Assembly (NCBI GenBank): GCA_910578855.1
Contig: CAJTRV010000004.1
Coordinates: forward strand, 5,551-69,550
DNA length: 64,000 nt
Reading direction: 5' to 3'
From: an uncultured Bacilli bacterium
GTDB taxonomy: Bacteria; Bacillota_I; Bacilli_A; RF39; UBA660
Part shown: in pieces, positions 52,525-60,717 of the stretch
How the letters are laid out: each line of letters starts with the position of its first letter
Numbering within the stretch: the first letter of the stretch is position 1
Translations under genes and position numbers: made by a program
Notes under the pieces: model-generated
Seen by the model: the letters and a program-made list of their open reading frames with translations, nothing else
Told to the model about the DNA's origin: nothing
Databases searched by the model: none

Positions 52525-53151
52525 TTACTTTGTATCTAATTCATCTAAAATATTACGCATTTTCCCTTTGATCCGTTGTAAAGCATTATCGATAGACTTC
52601 GTATTCTTATCTAAAATGCTGGCAATTTCATCATAGGAAAAATGGTTAAGTTTTAATTCAAATACCTGCAATTCAAGATCAGTTAACTGATCTTTGATTA
52701 AATTGGATAAGATATGTTCCCGTTCACTATTTAATAAAACATGTTCTGGATCCGTAGTTTCATCACGTAATAGATAATCAGCATAGACCATTTCATTATC
52801 ATCACCACGCACTTCAAAAGGAACTGATTCATTGAGAATTTTATGTTTCATTCGACGGGTGCTAACAGCTGCAGTAATGATTTTCCGTTCAATACACGTT
52901 TTAGCAAACGTATAAAAAGTAATATTCTTTTTTTCATTAAAGTGATCAATCGCTTTCGATAGACCTAACATCCCTTCTTGAATCAAATCATTGAGTTCGA
53001 GGCCACCATTTTCACAATAAGGAAGCATTTTCTTCGCAAAATTAACAATTAATGGTTTATATTTATCGTATAAAAGAGTTTCTGCTTCATCACTATGTTC
53101 TGCAATCGCATAATTTACCAACTCATAATCATTAAGATCTTTATAATTCAT
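52525..53151 (-). CDS. sigH: RNA polymerase sigma factor SigH-like (sigma-70 regions 2 and 4).
   Basis: LIQEGMLGLSKAIDHF is region 2.2-like. Sits in the conserved rlmB-mrnC neighbourhood as in Bacillus sigH. Confidence 0.75.
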   Translation of the reverse strand: MNYKDLNDYELVNYAIAEHSDEAETLLYDKYKPLIVNFAKKMLPYCENGGLELNDLIQEGMLGLSKAIDHFNEKKNITFYTFAKTCIERKIITAAVSTRRMKHKILNESVPFEVRGDDNEMVYADYLLRDETTDPEHVLLNSEREHILSNLIKDQLTDLELQVFELKLNHFSYDEIASILDKNTKSIDNALQRIKGKMRNILDELDTK

Positions 53152-53157
53152 AAGAAC

Positions 53158-53853
53158 CTACTTTCTAAGTCTTACTGCTTCATAAATAATAATCCCGGCA
53201 GCCACCGAGGCATTTAGACTATTGGTCTTACCCTTCATAGGAATACTGGCAATAAAATCACAGTTTTCTCTGACCATTCGCGCCAAACCGTCACCTTCAT
53301 TTCCTATCACAATCGCACATTTTCCACGATAATCAATATCGCTATAGTCTTCACCCTCCATATCTGTTCCAACAATCCAAAACCCCTGTTTCTTTAAATA
53401 ACGCATCGTATTATTTAGATTGGTTACCTGGGCTATTTTCATATAATCAATCGCCCCCGTACTCACTTTAATAACCGTTGGGGTTACCCCAACAGATCGA
53501 TGTTCTGGAATAATAATTCCATCCACTCCAGCCGCTTCACAAGTACGAATAATCGCACCTAAGTTATGAGGATCTTCTAAATGATCGAGAATGACAATGA
53601 GTGGGTTGTCCCCTTGAATTAGGGTTTCTATTTCATCATACTGAAAATCAGGAACTTGCAAAACAATTCCTTGATGATTTCCTTTAACCATTTGATCCAA
53701 CTGTCTTTTTTCGACATAGCGAATTGGAGCTGCAGTCGTGGCAAGGGCACCTATGACTTCGTTATCCCGAAATTGTTTGGATAAGTAAACCCGTTTTATT
53801 TTCTTGTTCGTCTTAATTGTTTCTAATGCGACATTTTTTCCATAGATATACAT
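53158..53853 (-). CDS. rlmB: 23S rRNA (guanosine-2'-O)-methyltransferase RlmB (SpoU/TrmH family; YacO).
   Basis: SpoU motifs (ILDHLEDPHNLGAIIRT, VIGNEGDG). N-terminal substrate-binding domain. Confidence 0.85.
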   Translation of the reverse strand: MYIYGKNVALETIKTNKKIKRVYLSKQFRDNEVIGALATTAAPIRYVEKRQLDQMVKGNHQGIVLQVPDFQYDEIETLIQGDNPLIVILDHLEDPHNLGAIIRTCEAAGVDGIIIPEHRSVGVTPTVIKVSTGAIDYMKIAQVTNLNNTMRYLKKQGFWIVGTDMEGEDYSDIDYRGKCAIVIGNEGDGLARMVRENCDFIASIPMKGKTNSLNASVAAGIIIYEAVRLRK

Positions 53854-54230
53854 AATTTTTCTCCTAACATTATTTCCATAATTTCTTGAATTCGATTAAA
53901 GTGACCATTTAGATAATGATACCCAATTAATGCTTCTAAACCAGTTGATTCTTTATAAGTTACAATGTCAGTATGCTTAGGATGACGAGATCCTTTATGA
54001 TTCCTGGCACGTTTCACAATCTGAATCTCTTCGGTTGTTAATGATTCCTGATCTAGTAACATTTTTAAATAACGACTTTGGGCTTTGGCACTAACATATT
54101 GAACAGCTTCTTTCTGAAGATCATTCACTTTACAAAGACCTTTTTTTAATAACAGAGTCCGAATAACAACTTCATAAATACTATCACCAACATAAGCCAA
54201 CGCCAAAACATTTAGGCAATCTGTTTTCAT
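53823..54230 (-). CDS. mrnC: Mini-ribonuclease 3 (MrnC / YazC).
   Basis: LNVLALAYVGDSIYEVVIRTLLL is the RNase III signature. 135 aa. Confidence 0.8.
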   Translation of the reverse strand: MKTDCLNVLALAYVGDSIYEVVIRTLLLKKGLCKVNDLQKEAVQYVSAKAQSRYLKMLLDQESLTTEEIQIVKRARNHKGSRHPKHTDIVTYKESTGLEALIGYHYLNGHFNRIQEIMEIMLGEKLCISMEKMSH

Positions 54231-55108
54231 ACAAGTTCCTCAATTCGATCAAAGGTAATTCCTTTTATTAGACCACTTTTCATATCGTTTAAAATGAGAT
54301 TCATCACGCGGTCATAATCAATTTCCCCACCCTGAATCATACATCCTCGACGTTTACCAATGATATCCAACGTGTTAACCATATCTTCTTCATCAATAGT
54401 CGTAATTCCATAACGTGATTCTAACTCCTGAGGATAATAAGTATATAGCATGTTCAAAATGTAACAGACCACATCATAAATAGGCAATACTTCCTCTTTA
54501 ATTGCCGTTAAACTTGCGAGATTAAGGGCAATAGTTTGATCATCAAACTTCGGCCATAGTACCCCTGGTGAGTCTAACAATTCAAGACGCTGATTGATGC
54601 GAATCCAATCCAATGACTTCGTCACTCCAGGACGGTTTCCAACATTGGCAACCTTTTTTCCAACTAAGCGATTGATCAATGTGCTCTTTCCAACATTGGG
54701 AATCCCGACAACAAGGACCCGAATACGTCTTGATTTCATTCCTCTAGCAATCATATCATCCATCTTATCTTGCATCATCGCTTCAGTCTTTTTCACTATT
54801 CCGGTTGTACTTTGTTGATGCTCTAAATCAACCCCCATTACTTGATAACCTAGTTGTTCATAATACCGAATCCAGCGCTCTGTTTCTTTTTTATCACATA
54901 GATCCATCTTGGTCATAATTAACAACTTCGGCTTATTTCCAATAATCGATTCAATATCTTGAATCTTTGATGAGTATGGCATCCGAGCATCGATTACTTC
55001 ATAAACAACATCAATAACACTCATTTTTTCCTTCATAATTCGCTTGGCTTTCGCCATGTGACCGGGATACCAGTTGATTGTCGTATTTTGTCCTTTATTG
55101 TCGTTCAT
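54227..55108 (-). CDS. rbgA: Ribosome biogenesis GTPase A (RbgA / YlqF).
   Basis: Circularly permuted GTPase motifs (IDARMP...TKMDL...GIPNVGKSTLINRL). Start at MNDNKGQ, preceded by AAGGAAGTGAAACAA. Confidence 0.85.
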   Translation of the reverse strand: MNDNKGQNTTINWYPGHMAKAKRIMKEKMSVIDVVYEVIDARMPYSSKIQDIESIIGNKPKLLIMTKMDLCDKKETERWIRYYEQLGYQVMGVDLEHQQSTTGIVKKTEAMMQDKMDDMIARGMKSRRIRVLVVGIPNVGKSTLINRLVGKKVANVGNRPGVTKSLDWIRINQRLELLDSPGVLWPKFDDQTIALNLASLTAIKEEVLPIYDVVCYILNMLYTYYPQELESRYGITTIDEEDMVNTLDIIGKRRGCMIQGGEIDYDRVMNLILNDMKSGLIKGITFDRIEELV

Positions 55109-55559
55109 TTGTTTCACTTCCTTTAGATTTATTTTTATATTTAACATATTCTTCAATTTTTTTATTATAGTTCTTTAAATCTTCTACAAATTGAGGCTTA
55201 AATTGATTTAAATAATCAATGATTAAATCAGCATATTCATCAATATTTTCATCATCAACTATATCTATGAGATATTTATTGATTCCTTTTTTAGTATTTA
55301 TTCTTTCTACATAAAAGGCTAACAAATTAGTTGGACCTATTTTTTCTTTTGCTGATAAAACAATAGAAATCAAATTTTCTCTTGATGCATAATATCTCGG
55401 TTTAAATCCATTTGACCTAGAAAATAATATCAAAGTACAACCAATAAATAATTTATCTGAACCATTTTTAGGAAATGTTTTGTTTGCAAATTCAATTAAA
55501 CTTTCTGTATTACCCTGTTCGTAATCATCATATAGTTCCATTAAAATTCTATTTATCAT
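55095..55559 (-). CDS. Hypothetical protein, the variable last gene of cassette A. Its 3' end reads through the rbgA RBS and start.
   Basis: 154-aa ORF. Its stop overlaps the rbgA start by 14 nt. Confidence 0.4.
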   Translation of the reverse strand: MINRILMELYDDYEQGNTESLIEFANKTFPKNGSDKLFIGCTLILFSRSNGFKPRYYASRENLISIVLSAKEKIGPTNLLAFYVERINTKKGINKYLIDIVDDENIDEYADLIIDYLNQFKPQFVEDLKNYNKKIEEYVKYKNKSKGSETNERQ

Positions 55560-55569
55560 TTTATCTCCT

Positions 55570-55845
55570 CTATTTATATAGACTTTTTATAACTCTATTA
55601 ATGCAATCTTTGGCACTTCTGTTATTATTTGAAAAACTAATTTTTACTAATGTCCCATTTACTTTAAAAGCATATGGATTCTTTGTGGAAGCAATAAAAT
55701 CCAATATTCTTTCATTACTAGGTTTTCTTCTATCTATTTTTATATTTGTTATTTCATCCACATCTTCTAATTTTACATCATCAAGATTTACATTTCTACA
55801 TCTTTCTAATTTTTCTGCTAATTCTTTAATATTATATTTATTCAT
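55570..55845 (-). CDS. Small conserved cassette protein (about 91 aa), paralog of 57697..57996.
   Basis: The N-terminal 50 aa are about 96% identical to the cassette B copy at the protein level, and about 97% at the DNA level over about 145 nt. The C-terminal half is diverged. Confidence 0.5.
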   Translation of the reverse strand: MNKYNIKELAEKLERCRNVNLDDVKLEDVDEITNIKIDRRKPSNERILDFIASTKNPYAFKVNGTLVKISFSNNNRSAKDCINRVIKSLYK

Positions 55846-55927
55846 AAAATCACACTCCATATTAATTATAAAATCAAATACAATTAATGTTAAATGTGCA
55901 ATTTTTTATTATAAATGATAATCTTTA

Positions 55928-56953
55928 CTAATCTTTATTATTTTCTGAAGTTTCTAATAATTTTGTACTTTCAATAAATTTATCGAAGTCAGAAATATAT
56001 AATTGGTCTTGTTTTTCCTTAAACTTATCATACTCTTTATATGCAAGTTCTTGAGCCACTTTATGAGATATTTTTCCTGCATCATGCAGTATTTCTTGCC
56101 CATTAAATTGTAAAAACGCATCCAATTTTTCTACCCAATCTTTCATTGTCATCGCATTATGATTTTCTGCTTGTAATTCAGCATAATCTAAATACATAGT
56201 AACTATTCTATTTAAGTTTTTTAATTCTTTTTCTGTCAAATAATTTTTAGCAATATCAACATCATATTTATAAATCGTTCCATCAGGAGAACCTGTCCAA
56301 TTTGTTAAACCCATATTGTCTTTTTCTGAATCAACTCTATTATAAATAATCTCTGCAGCAGTATTACCAGTGACTGAATAATGAAGTTTATTCTGCACAG
56401 TTTTAAAAAAAGTTTTAGTGATTTCTGAATCTTTATCATAATCAACACTACAAGATGAATATATATCTGTTATCTTTTGGTAAAATCTTCTTTCACTAGA
56501 ACGAATATTTCTAATTCTTTCTAGTGTTCTTTCAAAATAATCTTCTCCAAAAATATAATTTGGATTTTTTAATCTCTCGTCATCCATAACAACGCCAGTA
56601 ATTAAGTATTCTTTTAGAACTTTTGTTGCCCATATTCTAAATTGCGTTGCTTTTTTGGAATTAACTCTATAACCTACAGCAATAATCATATCTAAATTGT
56701 ATATTTTAGATTTTCTTCCACCTGTACTTTCGTCGGAAATTCCGACAGAAGTTTCTTCCTTAAGTTCACCACTATTTAATATATTATTAATATGTTCTGT
56801 TATGGTACTTCTACCTACTCCAAATAATTCAGCAATCAAATTTTGCGTCAACCAAATATCATTATTAATTAATAATACATTCACTTTGATATCATTATTA
56901 TCATCACGATATATTAAAAAGTCGTGGGTAGTTATTTGTAAATTATTTTTCAT
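55928..56953 (-). CDS. RhuM-family protein (the first gene of cassette A, a member of the KilA-N/Bro-N-related superfamily).
   Basis: WLTQNLIAELFGVGRSTITEHINNIL and KIYNLDMIIAVGYRVNSKKATQFRIWATKVLKEYLITGVVMDDERL are hallmark RhuM regions. Confidence 0.75.
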   Translation of the reverse strand: MKNNLQITTHDFLIYRDDNNDIKVNVLLINNDIWLTQNLIAELFGVGRSTITEHINNILNSGELKEETSVGISDESTGGRKSKIYNLDMIIAVGYRVNSKKATQFRIWATKVLKEYLITGVVMDDERLKNPNYIFGEDYFERTLERIRNIRSSERRFYQKITDIYSSCSVDYDKDSEITKTFFKTVQNKLHYSVTGNTAAEIIYNRVDSEKDNMGLTNWTGSPDGTIYKYDVDIAKNYLTEKELKNLNRIVTMYLDYAELQAENHNAMTMKDWVEKLDAFLQFNGQEILHDAGKISHKVAQELAYKEYDKFKEKQDQLYISDFDKFIESTKLLETSENNKD

Positions 56954-57215
56954 TTATTTTCACCGCTTTCTTATGTTCTTAAATGTCGTAATCACCTATC
57001 TAATTTCTATTATAAATAGCGCAAAAATTACTATATTTTTATGAATTTTTATTGTTTTTTATCATTTTTTAATGAAAACATGCAAGATATAAATTGGATA
57101 GTTTCCTTTATTTATAAGGGTTTAAGGGTGTTCTTAATTAAATCGTAATCAACCAGTTTATGTTTGCCTGATTTTGTCGATTTTCATTATTCATTTATTT
57201 CACTTCCTTCAATTC
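56954..57215. repeat. Direct repeat R2, the cassette boundary. It is a degenerate rbgA 5' end (57150-57213) followed by a ~150-bp regulatory region carrying two TGATTACGA motifs (fwd TCGTAATCA at 56986-56994 and 57143-57151).
   Basis: About 85-90% identical to 58900-59147. Contains aaggaagtgaaataaATGaataatgaaaatcgacaaaatcaggcaaacataaactgg on the minus strand. Confidence 0.7.
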
Positions 57216-57704
57216 AATATTATTTTCTAATAAAACGCTTTCTAATGTTTCATTTTCGTTTATAATATATAAGTTCTCATAATTTCTTTGCAAACAATCC
57301 TCATAGAATGGAACAAATACATTTCCCAAGCCACTAATAAAACTTTCATTATTACCTCGATTTATACACTTTCTCTTTACATCTTCCCAATTATTAATAT
57401 TAGGATATGCTATACTGTATTTAATATTATTTTTATCGAAATAATCGAAGTGTTCTGGTTTTAATTGAACTAAAACAACATCATATTCCTTTATAGCCAT
57501 TCGAATGGCTTTATAGTAATTCTTTGGCCATTCACTATTTACTTCTCTTTTCGTTCCTTTTCTTGCTTCAACAGGTACATTTTCAAGATTAGTATTAATA
57601 TATTTAAAATTACTCGATTCTAAATCAATTACATTCCTATATTTTTTACCCAAAATGCTTTTTCCACACGTTGCAAATCCTGCAATTATTATTCCCTTAG
57701 CCAT
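57195..57704 (-). CDS. P-loop NTPase / small kinase-like protein, the variable gene of cassette B.
   Basis: Walker A motif GFATCGKS near the N-terminus. 169 aa. Its stop abuts the pseudo-rbgA ATG of R2. Confidence 0.5.
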   Translation of the reverse strand: MAKGIIIAGFATCGKSILGKKYRNVIDLESSNFKYINTNLENVPVEARKGTKREVNSEWPKNYYKAIRMAIKEYDVVLVQLKPEHFDYFDKNNIKYSIAYPNINNWEDVKRKCINRGNNESFISGLGNVFVPFYEDCLQRNYENLYIINENETLESVLLENNIELKEVK

Positions 57705-57996
57705 TATTTACCTCTTGTCTATATAAATTTTCTAAAATTTTAGTTAAACAATCATCTGCAGTTAAATTACTATTTTCTGAAAATCTTATTCTAACTAATT
57801 TCCCATTGACTTTAAATATATATGGGTTCTTTTTCTTCATTACAAACGCTAATATTCTTTCATTACTAGGTTTTCTTCTATCTATTTTTATATCTGTTAT
57901 TTCATCCACATCTTCTAATTTTACATCGTCAAGATTTACATTTCTACATCTCTCTAATTTTTCTGCTAATTCTTTAATATTATGTTTATTCATATT
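57697..57996 (-). CDS. Small conserved cassette protein, paralog of 55570..55845.
   Basis: MNKHNIKELAEKLERCRNVNLDDVKLEDVDEITDIKIDRRKPSNERIL... The start is at MNKHN; the track ORF is extended upstream. Confidence 0.5.
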   Translation of the reverse strand, partial: NMNKHNIKELAEKLERCRNVNLDDVKLEDVDEITDIKIDRRKPSNERILAFVMKKKNPYIFKVNGKLVRIRFSENSNLTADDCLTKILENLYRQEVNNG

Positions 57997-58056
57997 ATAC
58001 CTTCTTTCTATAATAATTTTATTATTTAGAAAGAAATAACACAAATGTGCAAAATA

Positions 58057-58899
58057 CTAGATATTATCTTTTTCTCCTAATAGTTTTATCTTTTCTGCAT
58101 TATTAAGTATATCAAGTTGATACTTAGCAATGCTACTTAATATTTCAAATCTTTCTTCTTTGCTTTTTCCTTCTTTAATTAGTTCTGCATTATGTGATTC
58201 TAAATTAGATAATACTGTTAATTCATTTATCGATGCATAATCTCTAACATTTGAGTTTTTTGCTAAATTCGGATTAAGTTCTCTCCATCTTTTAGCAGTT
58301 GTGTTAAATAAGGCAACATTTAAAATATCTGCTTCTTCTGCATACTTTAACCATTCTCTATCTTTATAATAATCATTATCAGGTAATATATAATTTTTAA
58401 TTGCATCTGTATGAATAAGATAATTATTTTTGGTTAAGATTCTTTTTATATCCCATTCCCTATTTTGATTTTCTAACTCTTTTAGTCTTTCAAATTCTTT
58501 TATCAAATATAGTTTAAAAACCGGACTAATAGAAGATGCAAATTCAAAAGCAATGTCTTTATGAGCATAAGTTCCACCATATTTTCCACGCTTCGAATAT
58601 ATCCCAATTGCATTTGTTTTACTACACCATTCTGTAACACTTAGTGTAAAAGTATGAAGTCCTGCCTCACTTTTAAACCCGTCGAATTCGACGGAATTAA
58701 AATTTGGATTGTAAATTGACTCCCAAGTACCTAAAAATTCTAAAGTAATTCTATTTCTTAACCAATTTCTGATAACATCATCTGATGTAGATTTTCCTTC
58801 TTTAAACTTGGTAAAATCAGAAATACAAATATAATCGCTATCATTTATATTTGTTATGTTCACTTTAATATTTTGAACTTCAATTATTTTGTTTGGCAT
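58057..58899 (-). CDS. KilA-N domain-containing protein, the first gene of cassette B.
   Basis: DYICISDFTKFKEGKSTSDDVIRNWLRNRITLEFLGTWESIYNPNFNSVEFDGFKSEAGLHTFTLS...RGKYGGTYAHKDIAFEFASSISPVFKLYLIKEFERL matches the widespread KilA-N family pattern. Confidence 0.7.
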   Translation of the reverse strand: MPNKIIEVQNIKVNITNINDSDYICISDFTKFKEGKSTSDDVIRNWLRNRITLEFLGTWESIYNPNFNSVEFDGFKSEAGLHTFTLSVTEWCSKTNAIGIYSKRGKYGGTYAHKDIAFEFASSISPVFKLYLIKEFERLKELENQNREWDIKRILTKNNYLIHTDAIKNYILPDNDYYKDREWLKYAEEADILNVALFNTTAKRWRELNPNLAKNSNVRDYASINELTVLSNLESHNAELIKEGKSKEERFEILSSIAKYQLDILNNAEKIKLLGEKDNI

Positions 58900-59147
58900 A
58901 TATTCGCCTCTTTTCCATGTCCTTAAAATTCGTAATCACCTATCTAATTCTTATAATAAATAATACCAAAATTATTAGTTTTTATATTTTTAATTATTTT
59001 TTAATGAAAATATGCAAGATCTAATCTAGATAATTTTCTTTATTTATAAGGGTTTAATGGTATTCTTAATTAAATCGTAATCAGCCAGTTTATGTTTGCC
59101 TGATTTTGTCGATTTTCATTATTCATTTGTTTCACTTCCTTTATTAT
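58900..59147. repeat. Direct repeat R3 (cassette boundary) with the same architecture as R2. TCGTAATCA motifs lie at 58930-58938 and 59075-59083. The rbgA-like RBS plus 14 codons lies at 59082-59142.
   Basis: ggaagtgaaacaaATGaataatgaaaatcgacaaaatcaggcaaacataaactgg|ctgattacga on the minus strand. Confidence 0.7.
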
Positions 59148-59312
59148 TTAACATTGAGAATTTAAAAAATTTGCAATTTGTTCTAAATTTTTAAATATTT
59201 TTCCATCATTTCTTATAACTATTCCTCTTGCACCATATCTCATTCTAGGCTCATTCATTTCAATCATACTTTCGCCTAAATCTTCATCAGTTATTTTACA
59301 TATTAATTTCAT
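59148..59312 (-). pseudogene. Truncated NUDIX-hydrolase-like N-terminal fragment (54 codons).
   Basis: MKLICKITDEDLGESMIEMNEPRMRYGARGIVIRNDGKIF resembles a NUDIX N-terminal strand. It is followed by an early stop. Not in the ORF track. Confidence 0.35.
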
Positions 59313-59338
59313 TAATATCATCTCGCTTTCATTTTATA

Positions 59339-59863
59339 TTACAACTTGTATTCTTTTATCTCACAATTCTTCAATCCACGATTTAAAAACCAACCATCAT
59401 TAATGCCATCAAAATATGCACTAAAAGCTTTTGAAACACCACTATGTGCAACAATTAAAACACTTTTATAATTTTGAGTTTTAAGTTCATCTAAAAAATT
59501 ATATATTCTATCAAAAAAGTCTTTTATATTTTCAGAGGTTCCATATTGAATTGTTGTATTATAATTCCAATATTCATCACGATTAGTTATTTCAAGAGGT
59601 TTACCACTTAAATCTCCACAACTTCTTTCTTGAATTCTATCATCAATAATAATTTCATTATTATTAGCATTAATAATATTAGCTGTGTGTTTTGCCCTAA
59701 TTAAAGGTGAAGAAATTATAATATCAAAGTTTATATCTTTAATTTTGTCTCTTAATTCTTCTGCTTGACTTATTCCAAGTTCAGTTAAATCTTCATCTTT
59801 TGTATTATATTGTTTCAATGCATTATGAGGTACTTCACCATGTCTTACTATATATATTTTCAT
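59339..59863 (-). CDS. Histidine phosphatase (phosphoglycerate-mutase-like family), in cassette C.
   Basis: IYIVRHGEV (RHG catalytic motif) plus a second His in VAHSGV. Confidence 0.7.
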   Translation of the reverse strand: MKIYIVRHGEVPHNALKQYNTKDEDLTELGISQAEELRDKIKDINFDIIISSPLIRAKHTANIINANNNEIIIDDRIQERSCGDLSGKPLEITNRDEYWNYNTTIQYGTSENIKDFFDRIYNFLDELKTQNYKSVLIVAHSGVSKAFSAYFDGINDGWFLNRGLKNCEIKEYKL

Positions 59864-59989
59864 TTATTGACTCCTTTTTTATAGAATTTTTATAGTAACA
59901 TTTTATCATCGAGGATATATATTTATTTTATTATTGATACCATTATATTAAAATCATACTCATTTTTACTATTTTTATCTGTTTCTAAG

Positions 59990-60717
59990 GTTATATGATT
60001 ATTCTCTGTTTTTCCTTTAAAATAAAGCAAATCAGCTATTTTAAATTGTCGTGTCATTTCGCGTACACAAGCCAGGAAGTCAGGCCCATATGTTCTTTAT
60101 TTGAATCAACTCTATTATATATAATTTCTGCTGTTTGTTTTGATACAGCAAAATGCATTTTGTTTTGTACTTTTTTAAAAAATTCAATTGATATTGGAGA
60201 TTTAAAATCATAGTCAATACTTGTAGCATATATATCTGTTATTTTTTGATAAAATCGCCTTTCTGATAACCTTATTTCTCTAATTTCTTCTAATAATTTT
60301 TCAAAATAATCTTCTCCAAAAATATAATTTGGATTTTTTTATCTTTCGTCATCCATAACAGCATCATTAATTAGATATTCTTTTAAAACCTTTGTTGCCC
60401 ATATTTTAAATTCTGTTGCTTTTTTAGAATTGATCCTGTATCCAACTACAATAATTACATCTAAATTATATATTTTGGTTTTATATTTTTTACCATCAGA
60501 GGCAGTTATCGAGGATTCCTCGATAACTGAATCCTGATTTAATGCATTATCTTTAGAAATTGCAGATTTTTTTATTTCCTTTTCATATAAATCTCTAGCA
60601 CCTTTAGCAACTCCTCCGCCTCTTTTTGCTACATTTAAATTTTCTTTTAAACCTTGCGGATGTTCTTCTCTTGCAATATCTCGTGTTGCAATCTCTCCTA
60701 TATTTGTTCACTAGCTT
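59990..60717 (-). pseudogene. RhuM-family gene remnant. It carries a nonsense mutation (DDER* at about 60345) and a C-terminal deletion. It is fused downstream of the DinD-like reading frame via a frameshift near 60700-60720.
   Basis: DNA about 85-90% identical to cassette A RhuM (compare 56561-56600 with 60331-60370: tctctcg versus tctttcg creates a TAA). The fragment ..KIYNLDVIIVVGYRINSKKATEFKIWATKVLKEYLINDAVMDDER* is present. Confidence 0.55.

Noticed and set aside
55475-55918. ORF 55475..55918 (+), and ORFs 56697..57044 (+) and 57806..58039 (+), in the cassette region.
   Set aside because: They are Leu/Phe/Ile-rich translations antisense to the conserved minus-strand cassette genes in AT-rich DNA. 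Paralog conservation supports the minus-strand genes.
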